DNA of 51,679 nucleotides from sequence record SRR31147125_10124; one strand, given 5' to 3'. The translations under genes and the position numbers were made by a program. This document shows, in pieces, positions 34,120 through 42,904 of the stretch; position 1 is the first letter of the stretch, and each line of letters begins with the position of its first letter. The notes beneath the pieces were generated by a model that worked only from the letters and a program-made list of their open reading frames with translations, searched no databases and was not told the DNA's origin.

Positions 34120-35193
34120 TTACCACAAAATTCAACGGTACGGTGATATTAGAATAGCCCCCTAGCTACATTCAATAATCGGTCTCCCACCACACCTTAA
34201 CACGCTAAACTCTGCTACTGGTGCTATCATCTCATCATTGACGAGAGTGTTTTAAAAAATCCTGTCTAAAGCGGTAGCAAAATGTGATATTGGGTCAGAC
34301 CTGAGCGAGTACTAAAAAACAATGATTTATCCTAAGTGAAAGGCAATTTGAACCGGTTTAATGTTCTGTTTTTACTCCGTTGGGGGGACAAACATCATCT
34401 GTACTATATAATATTGAAATATTCCTTGTAAATAAAAATCTTTCAGCCTTTTGGATGGAAAATGCTTCCCCTACTATTTTCTTTTCAGTTTATAATCTCT
34501 TTAGGTCCAATTTGAAGCGTTTCGTTAACATTAGCAGAGGTGCGTTCATAACAGGTAAAGATTTTGTATCCCTCAGTATACTAAAGGTTACTAATTCTGA
34601 AACTAATCTTTATGATTAATTTACATTTATTTTACAAAATTCTCTACCACAATTTTAATTTTATCTATTGCTCTGTGATTTAATCAACACCTTCGCTTAA
34701 TTGCTGATTATCACCTTATATATTTATGGTCAAATTCCTTCTTTCTCCTTTTCGCTTTTTTAATAGCAAAAAGTAGAAGAGTCTTTTGTCCAATTCCTGA
34801 TTTGGAGGTGATAATTTATGCAATTAAACAGGTTTGGATTAGCAAGTTCCATTATGATAAATACAATGAAAATTTATGAAATTGAGGAGATGGTTGGATG
34901 AAAGCTAAAATGATCTCAATGATGAGATATGAAAAGTATTTACAGATTGAAGAGGAGTTTGAATTGGATAGAATACGATTGCTAAAAAAGCAGAACGCCT
35001 CATAATTTCCAGTATAAAGAACTACCTTATTTCTCTAATTTATTAAAATCAGTCAATCTAATTTTATCTTTTGATATCATTTGAAGAACCATTACAGATG
35101 AATTAAATGACAAATTTTAGAGTGCCCAAATAGTGCCTTCAGAAGTACCAAAACATACCAATCAGTACCAATTCATTGATGAAAAACAGGCAC

Positions 35194-35237
35194 AAAAAAA
35201 GCCTATAACATCTCATAATTCAAGTTGTTATAAGCCT
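35194..35237 (-). terminator. Rho-independent-terminator-like hairpin downstream of the tRNA-like element
   Basis: AGGCTTATAACA...TGTTATAGGCT followed by a T run on the minus strand; the loop is large. Confidence 0.6.
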
Positions 35238-35246
35238 TTAAGACAG

Positions 35247-35331
35247 TCGGGGCGAGAGGATTTGAACCTCCGCCCCCTTGACCGCCAGTCAAGTGCGCTA
35301 ATCCCAATGACTATCAGGACGTTGCGCCCCG
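35247..35331 (-). tRNA. Degenerate tRNA-Pro-derived gene (anticodon reads GGC; abnormal D-arm), probably a pseudo-tRNA
   Basis: CGGGGCG/CGCCCCG-A acceptor stem, CTTGA-CTGGCGG-TCAAG anticodon arm, GGAGG-TTCAAAT-CCTCT T-arm; D-loop replaced by a hairpin; no encoded CCA. Confidence 0.8.
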
Positions 35332-35337
35332 AACACA

Positions 35338-35530
35338 TTATTTATCTTTACTGTTATCCAGGATGTCCAGTAAATCATTCAGACCTTGCCGGATTTCTTT
35401 TACGATGTCGTTTTTTTTGAGTTCACCCAAAGATAACTGCAACTGGTTATCTTTGTTTTTTTTAACTGGCGTTGTCGTGCGCCTTTTTTGGTAAACTTTT
35501 CTACATATAAAAGACGTTTGATAAAATAGA
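35338..35530 (-). pseudogene. 3' remnant of a MerR-family regulator gene
   Basis: One frame reads FIKRLLYVEKFTKKGARQR, then shifts to KDNQLQLSL...KEIRQGLNDLLDIL*; resembles the C-half of the MerR-like gene usually found just upstream of tRNA-Pro(GGG); the HTH half is absent. Confidence 0.65.
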
Positions 35531-35615
35531 AGCGAAAAGCAATCAAAAAGCGTCTCTGTTTTAATCATTCCGATAAGATCATTTTTTCCATCCCGCGAGA
35601 TCTGATTTCCACGTG

Positions 35616-37103
35616 TTACCACTTGGAAATTGTTTGAAGCTTCTTTTCAAGCTTTTTCCTCACAGATGTAAATTCAGTCTTTTCCACAATATTTTCTTTC
35701 TCTGTCCATCCCCCATCCATATGATAAAGCTCGGGTGGTTCTGTTTCGTTCAAAATGAACTTCCATTGCCGGCTTCTGACCATCGCAGTTTTGTACCTGG
35801 GATTTCCATTTTGATTTAATACACGGCTATGTAAGGGCGTTTCATCTTTATCTTCCAAATCTAAAGACGGATCGGGCATATTTGGATCCACATCATCATA
35901 TCCTGCGGAAGCAAAGACGGTAAAATCCTCCTCTTCAATTTTTTCTCCCCTTAAAAATGGTACAAGCGAACGACCTTCAGCATTTTCCTGTATCTTTCCG
36001 CCGGTCAGAGCTGCCAGCGTAGGAAAAATATCAACACTCTGGGCTAGGTTCTGTACTTTAAATCCTTTGCCTATATGTCCGGGAGCATACCATATCATGG
36101 GTACATGTAAAAGTGTATCATATAAAAACATACCTTTCCTGACCATCCGATAATCACCCATAAAATCGCCATGATCGGAGGTAAACACAATAATTGTATT
36201 TTCCAGGATACCCCTGGCCTCCAATGCTTTCATTAGCCGACCTACCTGCTCATCAACGCCCCATTCAATAGCGGCGTAATAGTAACGCATGGTTTCTATT
36301 AAATCTGAATCTTTCAAATTGGGATATCGCATCGCACAGGCAAAAACATCCAATCTCGAACTCAGATTTGTTGGCGGGATAAAAGTCGGTAATTTCATAT
36401 CAGTCGAATTATATTTACTGGTAAACTCGGAAGGGGCCATATAAGGAGGATGTGGATCGAAATAGCTTACATGGAGAAAAAATGGTTCATCAGAACGTGC
36501 CTGGTTTATAAAATTAATTGCTTCATCCGTATTTTTTCGTGGGTAACAATACTCTGAGGGCCACAATGTGTCACCATGCCAGTGAGGGGGAACAAACCGA
36601 TTATATTTTCTGAATGGCTCACGGGCGCGGAGACTCGATGTATCAAAATAAGAGAATTCTGATTTTATGAATGTATGATTTTTACCAATCCAGCCAAGTC
36701 GATAATTGCATTGTTTGAAATATTCCGCCAAAGTCCCATCAAAAGAAAGCTTGGGGAGATTTTTGGGTTGGTTACATAAATGGCCATGTTGATGCGGAAA
36801 CTTTCCGGAAAACATGGACATACGTGATGGAACACAAACCGGATTGTTAGAAAAGCAATAATCAAATAAAACGCCTCCAGCAGCCAATTTATCTAAATTT
36901 GGTGTTTTTGCATTGTGATTTCCCAGACAACCCAGGGCATCTCCCCGCATTTGATCACAGATAATGAAAACAACATTGGGGGGCGTTTTTGCAGTTTTCC
37001 CCAATATGACATTTGGAAAAGTTGAGGCAAGCATCCCGCCAACAGCAGCACTGCCAGTTGTCTTTAAAAAGTTGCGTCGATTTTGATCTTGTTGAGTTTC
37101 CAT
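35616..37103 (-). CDS. Sulfatase (choline-sulfatase-like), Tat-exported
   Basis: NRRNFLK; PNVVFIICDQMR; CVPSRMSMFSG; SYFDPHPPY; TSDHGDFMG...KG. Confidence 0.9.
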   Translation of the reverse strand: METQQDQNRRNFLKTTGSAAVGGMLASTFPNVILGKTAKTPPNVVFIICDQMRGDALGCLGNHNAKTPNLDKLAAGGVLFDYCFSNNPVCVPSRMSMFSGKFPHQHGHLCNQPKNLPKLSFDGTLAEYFKQCNYRLGWIGKNHTFIKSEFSYFDTSSLRAREPFRKYNRFVPPHWHGDTLWPSEYCYPRKNTDEAINFINQARSDEPFFLHVSYFDPHPPYMAPSEFTSKYNSTDMKLPTFIPPTNLSSRLDVFACAMRYPNLKDSDLIETMRYYYAAIEWGVDEQVGRLMKALEARGILENTIIVFTSDHGDFMGDYRMVRKGMFLYDTLLHVPMIWYAPGHIGKGFKVQNLAQSVDIFPTLAALTGGKIQENAEGRSLVPFLRGEKIEEEDFTVFASAGYDDVDPNMPDPSLDLEDKDETPLHSRVLNQNGNPRYKTAMVRSRQWKFILNETEPPELYHMDGGWTEKENIVEKTEFTSVRKKLEKKLQTISKW

Positions 37104-37119
37104 ATTTTTACCTGATATT

Positions 37120-37854
37120 TCATTTTGCTATTTCCCACACTTTAAAATTTCTATACCGAAAATGTGTCCACTTCATTTGCCGAAAGCCAATTTTGCCGTC
37201 CTTGTGTACCGGACCATATTTTTTTCCGTCATCAATCCAGTCGATTATCCTTTGATCATCGACAAACATAAAAATATAGGGGCCTTGCTTTATCAGTTTT
37301 AACTTGTGAATAGTTTTCGATCTGGTTGGAATACCTTCCTCACCTGTTTGAACCAGAAAAAAACCTTTATTCTTACGTAAATGAGAATCACCCCGATTTG
37401 GATTCTTTGGATTATTGGCATAATATGAAATATGATAACAATTCATTTTCCCTTTCGTGTACTGGCTGAATGTGCCATCCCGTTTGGGGAGTCCTGGATG
37501 AAAGATATCCTCGCCATTTACACCTTTGGCAGCAAAAAATAGAATAACAAGTCCGGCATTCGGTTCCATGTTTTGTGCTTCCCACTCTGCGATGAAACTA
37601 TCCGGAAAATCCCGGGGACACCAGAAGACGTGATGCCATTTTTCCTCAGGTGAATACATGTGCATCCAACCGTCTTTAAACTGTAATTCTCCAGGCCCTT
37701 CCATTTTCCAATCCTGCACATTTTCCCGGGTTGCCAGACTATTTTCGTAAAAAAGTTTTCCTTTGAGAATAGGACCTTTTTTATCAGCGAAGCAGAGTAA
37801 GGGAATCAAAATTATGAAAATCATTCCCTTTACCTGTTTTTCTATCCTTTTCAT
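37120..37854 (-). CDS. YesU/DUF1961-family protein (concanavalin-A-like fold)
   Basis: WKMEGPG, VFWCPRDFP, ILFFAAKG..GEDIF, YHISYY, LRKNKGF, GKIGFRQM. Confidence 0.82.
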   Translation of the reverse strand: MKRIEKQVKGMIFIILIPLLCFADKKGPILKGKLFYENSLATRENVQDWKMEGPGELQFKDGWMHMYSPEEKWHHVFWCPRDFPDSFIAEWEAQNMEPNAGLVILFFAAKGVNGEDIFHPGLPKRDGTFSQYTKGKMNCYHISYYANNPKNPNRGDSHLRKNKGFFLVQTGEEGIPTRSKTIHKLKLIKQGPYIFMFVDDQRIIDWIDDGKKYGPVHKDGKIGFRQMKWTHFRYRNFKVWEIAK

Positions 37855-37925
37855 TTATCGATCCTTCAAAACAGCTGTTATATAAATCATATTACTATAA
37901 TTTTTCACACAAGCATAAATCTATT

Positions 37926-39308
37926 TTACTTTATCGGCCTTTCATCCAAAAGAAAAGCCGTTGCTTTTCCATTTGTCTTTTCCCAACCATAGAAAAGGAT
38001 TATATCATCGATAATTTCTCCCACACCACGACTAACAAACTTTATATTTTGATACTTGTAGTTTTTATTGAGAGTTAGATTTTTGGTCAAATTCCAGTTT
38101 TCTCCCCAATCTTTTGATTCCCATAATTCGATTCTGTTACCCGAACCATAAGAATCCATATTTTCCTCAGAGCTGTTATTATTTTCTCCCACTACCAGAT
38201 AGGCTTTAAAATTGCCATTTACACTTTTATCTAACAGACAGCTGTTCCAGGTATGATTCGTTGGTAGAATGGATTTCCTAGACCAAATTCCGTTTTTATT
38301 CTTTAAAAAGTAAAACATACACTTTTGAGGTGATTCCTCTGACAATGACAGAAGGAAAAATGGTTCATTTTTTTCATCAATATAGATAAAAGGTGGTACT
38401 GCCAAGATACGTTCATTTGTATCCCAGATTAGGCATTCCTCATCGGCAATCTTTTTTCTAACGGGTGTTTCAAGTAATTTCCCTTCATAATTCATCACAT
38501 TCCCGGCAACCAGATCAATTTTTAAGTAATAAAGATTGTATCTTCGGGTTTGTTCAGTCAATGTGCTATTGTAGCGGGAATTCATCATTTTATCTTCGAC
38601 TTTCCAACTAAAGGCAACATGAAGTGTTTTTCCATCTTTACTTAGACAAGTAGAATGATAAGATCCCGCGTGCGGGGCCATTAATTCGTCATGCGGTTCT
38701 TTATTGAGATCTACAACCGGATTATTGGGAGTTTTCCACGTTTCCCCATTATCAGCAGATATTCGATATGTCCAATAACCGAGATGTCCACTATGATGGA
38801 AATACACGAGGGTTGAATTATCATATATTTGAAAAACCTGAGGATAAGAAATACTTTCATGAATCGCTGAACTGTTTTCCCACTCTTTTATGTCTTTAGG
38901 ATTTTTGGAAACCAGATGAATTCCGGCTGTACGGTGACAACCGAATAAAACTTGCAAATGTCCACCATTCTTATCTGCCCAAATCACGGGTGAGAAATGA
39001 TGATCCCTTTTTATTTTCTGTTTCGTTGCGTAATTAGATGGGAAAGGTAATGGCAAAGGCTTTGAGAAAAGACGACTCGCAAGACCATAAGTTGTTATAT
39101 AAGGAAAGCCATTTTCCCCTCTCCAAACGATATATACACGGTCTTTATACTCCAACGCCTGCGGATTCATTCTCAAATCATATAACATTTTTAAAGTACC
39201 ATTTGTCGCAAATGGAACAGGTTGCGCAAAACAAAAATCAGCAGATAAGACAGGCCATAAAATGATGGCTATTAAAAAACGAAATTTTATATTTTTATAT
39301 TTTACCAA
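37926..39308 (-). CDS. BNR-4 repeat beta-propeller protein
   Basis: Signal peptide; DHHFSP...FGCH; SYPQ; Asp-boxes SADNGETW and SKDWGENW; RYNLYY. Confidence 0.75.
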   Translation of the reverse strand: MVKYKNIKFRFLIAIILWPVLSADFCFAQPVPFATNGTLKMLYDLRMNPQALEYKDRVYIVWRGENGFPYITTYGLASRLFSKPLPLPFPSNYATKQKIKRDHHFSPVIWADKNGGHLQVLFGCHRTAGIHLVSKNPKDIKEWENSSAIHESISYPQVFQIYDNSTLVYFHHSGHLGYWTYRISADNGETWKTPNNPVVDLNKEPHDELMAPHAGSYHSTCLSKDGKTLHVAFSWKVEDKMMNSRYNSTLTEQTRRYNLYYLKIDLVAGNVMNYEGKLLETPVRKKIADEECLIWDTNERILAVPPFIYIDEKNEPFFLLSLSEESPQKCMFYFLKNKNGIWSRKSILPTNHTWNSCLLDKSVNGNFKAYLVVGENNNSSEENMDSYGSGNRIELWESKDWGENWNLTKNLTLNKNYKYQNIKFVSRGVGEIIDDIILFYGWEKTNGKATAFLLDERPIK

Positions 39309-39332
39309 TTTATAAAACTCTCAACCTGTTTA

Positions 39333-40652
39333 TTATTTGAACATAGTAAGCGCTTTCTGTAATTTTTCTCTCACTGTAGCAGCTTCATTACTATCCGATT
39401 TTTTCGCAATTGGATTTTCTTCCAGTGGATCAGAGAAAATATCAAAAAGGCGACCATCATCATATAGCTTCCATCTTTGATCACGTGTAAAACGTACTTC
39501 CACATCGTCATAATTTGACTTCTTTGGATTATAACTGCAGAACATCCACTCTCTTGGCTTGCCTTTTTTGCCAAGAAGCTGAGGTGCAAAACTTTTCCCA
39601 TCCACAGGAATGTCCTGCCCGAGCGGTATATCTCCTAATTCAGCAATCGTAGGTAAGAAATCACTAAAATCAATAATATCATGATTAACTTTGCCTTTGG
39701 GCGTATATCCCTGCCAATGAGCAACTAGTGGCACATGCGTGCCTGCGTCAGTCGTTTCTCCTTTTCCACCCTTTATTTTAACTTTGCCAAGTTTTGAAAT
39801 AATTCGCTTATAAGTACCATTATCCCCGGTAAATAACAGTATCGTATTCTCCCGAATGCCAAGTTCATTGACTCCTTCCATAATGCGACCAACTATTTTA
39901 TCCATATATGAAACCATATCAGAAAAATAATTCACAGAACTTTTCCTGGAACCAATTTTGTTCCAGGATTTTACGTTGCTATCAGGAGTAGGTTGAAATG
40001 GATTATGAACAAGTGCCATGGGGTAATAGACAAAACATGGTTTGTTTATATTTTTCTTCATAAACTGGAGGATAAAATCACAAAAAATATCCGGACCATA
40101 TTTTCCTTCAAGGTTTTCGAGTTTTTTACCGTTTTCATAAAGGGTGGGATTCGCATATCGTGAACCCTTGATATCTGCATTGCCAGATCCCAAATTCCAG
40201 AAACAATACTCATCAAAACCAGCTTTAGAAGGTCCATCAACTCCACCGCCAAGCTGCCACTTACCGGACAGACAGGTTGCGTAACCACCTTTTTTCATGA
40301 CATGTGCAAAGGTCCTCTGCTCAAGATCAAGAGAGCCAAATTTTTTGTAATTCCTAAAGTTATACTGTCCGGTCATGATTTGAACCCTCGAGGGTGTACA
40401 GAGCGGCTGGGAATAACAGTGCATAAACTGAACCCCGGTACGAGCAAGTGAATCCAAAACAGGAGTGGAATAAGATGTGCTGCCATAGCAACTCAGGCAC
40501 TCATATCCCAGATCATCAGCCATGATGAGTATAATGTTGGGTTTCTTTTTATTTTTTGCATTTGTTACCGAGCTCAAGAATGAAAATGATCCTACTGTAC
40601 CGATGAATCCTGCTGTTTGTCTCAGAAATCGCCTTCTTGATATATCTTTCAT
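39333..40652 (-). CDS. Arylsulfatase-A-like sulfatase, Tat-exported
   Basis: SRRRFLR; PNIILIMADDLGY; CTPSRVQIMTG; GKWQL; TGDNGT..GGKG. Confidence 0.92.
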   Translation of the reverse strand: MKDISRRRFLRQTAGFIGTVGSFSFLSSVTNAKNKKKPNIILIMADDLGYECLSCYGSTSYSTPVLDSLARTGVQFMHCYSQPLCTPSRVQIMTGQYNFRNYKKFGSLDLEQRTFAHVMKKGGYATCLSGKWQLGGGVDGPSKAGFDEYCFWNLGSGNADIKGSRYANPTLYENGKKLENLEGKYGPDIFCDFILQFMKKNINKPCFVYYPMALVHNPFQPTPDSNVKSWNKIGSRKSSVNYFSDMVSYMDKIVGRIMEGVNELGIRENTILLFTGDNGTYKRIISKLGKVKIKGGKGETTDAGTHVPLVAHWQGYTPKGKVNHDIIDFSDFLPTIAELGDIPLGQDIPVDGKSFAPQLLGKKGKPREWMFCSYNPKKSNYDDVEVRFTRDQRWKLYDDGRLFDIFSDPLEENPIAKKSDSNEAATVREKLQKALTMFK

Positions 40653-40721
40653 TATATTCTCCTTCCTTTCACAATAATTTATTTGGTTAGAATAGAATTA
40701 GCGTTTCGCATTTCTGTTTAA

Positions 40722-40871
40722 TTATTTCATAACCATCATTGACGGTGGCACATCTTGAGGGCTACTTGCCCATTCTTTATTCGGTGTAGCACCAAATTGC
40801 ATGTCTAATGTTCCACCTTTTACTAAATCGTCATTATAAAACCAGGCCCGATTCAGTTGCTTGCCATTCAT
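40722..40871 (-). pseudogene. Orphan 3' fragment of a GH92 gene
   Basis: Translates MNGKQLNRAWFYNDDLVKGGTLDMQFGATPNKEWASSPQDVPPSMMVMK*, which aligns by eye with the C-terminus of the GH92 ending at 47925 (MNGVKLNKAWFYHDDLVKG...PNKEWASRPEDVPPSM). Confidence 0.85.
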
Positions 40872-41036
40872 TACTTTAAACATGAGTAATGTAATGCATT
40901 AAAAAAATGGCTCCACATAATCCAAAAATAATCATAATAATCCACTTTATTTTTATTGTCATATTTTAAACTTTCATTCGTTATTTTTCTCAAAATAAAC
41001 AATTTGATCTCTCACTAAAACTGTAAATATTATCTC

Positions 41037-42878
41037 TTATTTTTCGAATAACACAGAATGCATATTTTGTAATGAATCAACGGGTATCTTTATCACTTTC
41101 CTGTCATACGTCATTAATCCATTCACCTCACCTTCCACATCTGTTGTTTGTGTGTAAACAGCTGCAGACAATCCTTTGCTCTTTTTCATTTCAACAATCT
41201 GATCAAATTTGTACTTGTAACTTTTTAACAATTCTTCTGAAGAGTGGTAGGTTTGATAACCCCAATTACGCATTTCAGGATTCCACAAGTGACCTTTTAC
41301 AGGGTATCCAATTCCGCCAAATTCACCAATTACGCTAGCTCTGTCGAGCGAAGTAGGTGGCACTTTTACTTCTATATCGTAGGAATGAATATCATAAATA
41401 TCGCCGCTCGGACGTAATGCCCAGCCACTGGCTGCATTTACCAACCTTGTTGGATCATAAGCCTTTACGCCATCAGTAATCCTGTTTGTGGCATACTGCC
41501 CCCAACCTTCATTGAATACCACCCACATTACAATACTTGGTGCATTTATATGCATATCGATCATTCTCCTCAATTCCAACTCAAATTGTGCGGTATTTTC
41601 AGAGCGGCGAAATGCATCTGGATCTTCGTGTTTTATCCTGGGAGTACCTTTTAGTTTATTATTGCTCTTTTTCACACGAGATGCCATTCCGGAGGGCATA
41701 TCCTGCCATACCATTATCCCCAATTTGTCACAATGATAATACCAGCGATCCGGTTCAACCTTCACGTGTTTTCGGATCATATTAAATCCCATCTGCCTGG
41801 TAATCTCAATGTCGTATCTCATAGCTTCATCAGAGGGTGGCGTATATAGTCCATCAGGCCACCAACCCTGATCGAGTGTTCCATAATGAAAAAGTGGTTC
41901 GTTATTAAGGAACAAATATTTATTACCTTTCACATCACCCAAACTGATTTTTCGCATACCAAAATAGCTATTCACTTCATCTAATACATTCCCATTTTCA
42001 TCTACCAGTGTTAAATTCAGATCGTATAAAAATGGATCATCAGGAGACCACAATCGTGGGTTAGCAATTTCAATATCATTTTTTTTGTCAGCAATTATTA
42101 ATGCTTTTTGTATTGTGGTTCCATTTTCTGAAATTCGGATGTTGACTTTGTTCTCTATCAAAAGAGGCTTGTCTAACAATGGTATGACTGAAACACAGTT
42201 TTTATCAATATCCGGAATAATTTTTACTTCTTTAATAAAAAGCTCTCTGGAGACTGCCTCCAGCCAGACCGTCTGCCAAATCCCGCTTACAGGTGTATAG
42301 GTTATCCCCTGGGGCTGCATTCGCTGCTTGCCACGAGGTTGTGTCTGGGAGCTTGTTGGATCATCAACGCAAACAATAAGCTCTTGTTTACCTGCTGGTT
42401 TGAGGTAATCTGTGATATTAAAAGAAAACCTGTCGTAAGCACCTTTGTGCGAACCTGCTAACAATCCATTTACCCAGACGGTAGCTGCATAATCAACCGC
42501 CTCAAAATTTAAAATAACACTTTTTGAATGCCAGTCTGATGGAATTTCAAATTCTTTTTTGTACCACAAACGATCATCTGGCATCATACTTTTACCAACT
42601 CCTGACAGAGATGATTCAATACAAAAGGGAACCAGGATTTGATTCTGATATTTTTTGGGCATCGGTTGGTTCTTCTTAATCATTGCATATTCCCAGAGGC
42701 CGTTCAGGTTTTTCCAGTCAGATCGTTCCAGTTGTGGACGTGGATACTCTTTCCACACATTGTCCGGTGAAACATCGTCAGCCCATTTCGATTTTATTTT
42801 ATCACCTGCAGGTGACCAGTTTTGTGCCAATAAATTAAAGCTTACCAAAAAAAATAACACAACTATAAAAAATCTCAT
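41037..42878 (-). CDS. Glycoside hydrolase family 2
   Basis: EYPRPQLER..W.NLNGLW, VPFCIESSLSGV, GTLDQGWWPDG, NMIRKHVKVEP, VFNEGWGQ, GEFGG, YTQTTDVEGEVNG. Confidence 0.9.
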   Translation of the reverse strand: MRFFIVVLFFLVSFNLLAQNWSPAGDKIKSKWADDVSPDNVWKEYPRPQLERSDWKNLNGLWEYAMIKKNQPMPKKYQNQILVPFCIESSLSGVGKSMMPDDRLWYKKEFEIPSDWHSKSVILNFEAVDYAATVWVNGLLAGSHKGAYDRFSFNITDYLKPAGKQELIVCVDDPTSSQTQPRGKQRMQPQGITYTPVSGIWQTVWLEAVSRELFIKEVKIIPDIDKNCVSVIPLLDKPLLIENKVNIRISENGTTIQKALIIADKKNDIEIANPRLWSPDDPFLYDLNLTLVDENGNVLDEVNSYFGMRKISLGDVKGNKYLFLNNEPLFHYGTLDQGWWPDGLYTPPSDEAMRYDIEITRQMGFNMIRKHVKVEPDRWYYHCDKLGIMVWQDMPSGMASRVKKSNNKLKGTPRIKHEDPDAFRRSENTAQFELELRRMIDMHINAPSIVMWVVFNEGWGQYATNRITDGVKAYDPTRLVNAASGWALRPSGDIYDIHSYDIEVKVPPTSLDRASVIGEFGGIGYPVKGHLWNPEMRNWGYQTYHSSEELLKSYKYKFDQIVEMKKSKGLSAAVYTQTTDVEGEVNGLMTYDRKVIKIPVDSLQNMHSVLFEK

Positions 42879-42904
42879 GACTAATTCCTTTATTACTAAA
42901 AAAA

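Noticed and set aside
34140-34700. Possible IS end (GAGAGTGTTTTAAAAAA at about 34242) and decayed ORFs including 34380-34619
   Set aside because: No partner inverted repeat, no transposase motif, and no identifiable translation on either strand
35121-35175. CRISPR or iteron array
   Set aside because: The repeats are only about 6 bp with 10-12 bp spacing; no spacers, cas or rep genes are present
35247-35331. Functional canonical tRNA-Ala(GGC)
   Set aside because: It lacks the G3:U70 pair and has Pro-type acceptor identity and a broken D-arm
35133-35420. 95-aa plus-strand ORF containing SGREDLNLRP
   Set aside because: This is the typical antisense translation of a tRNA gene
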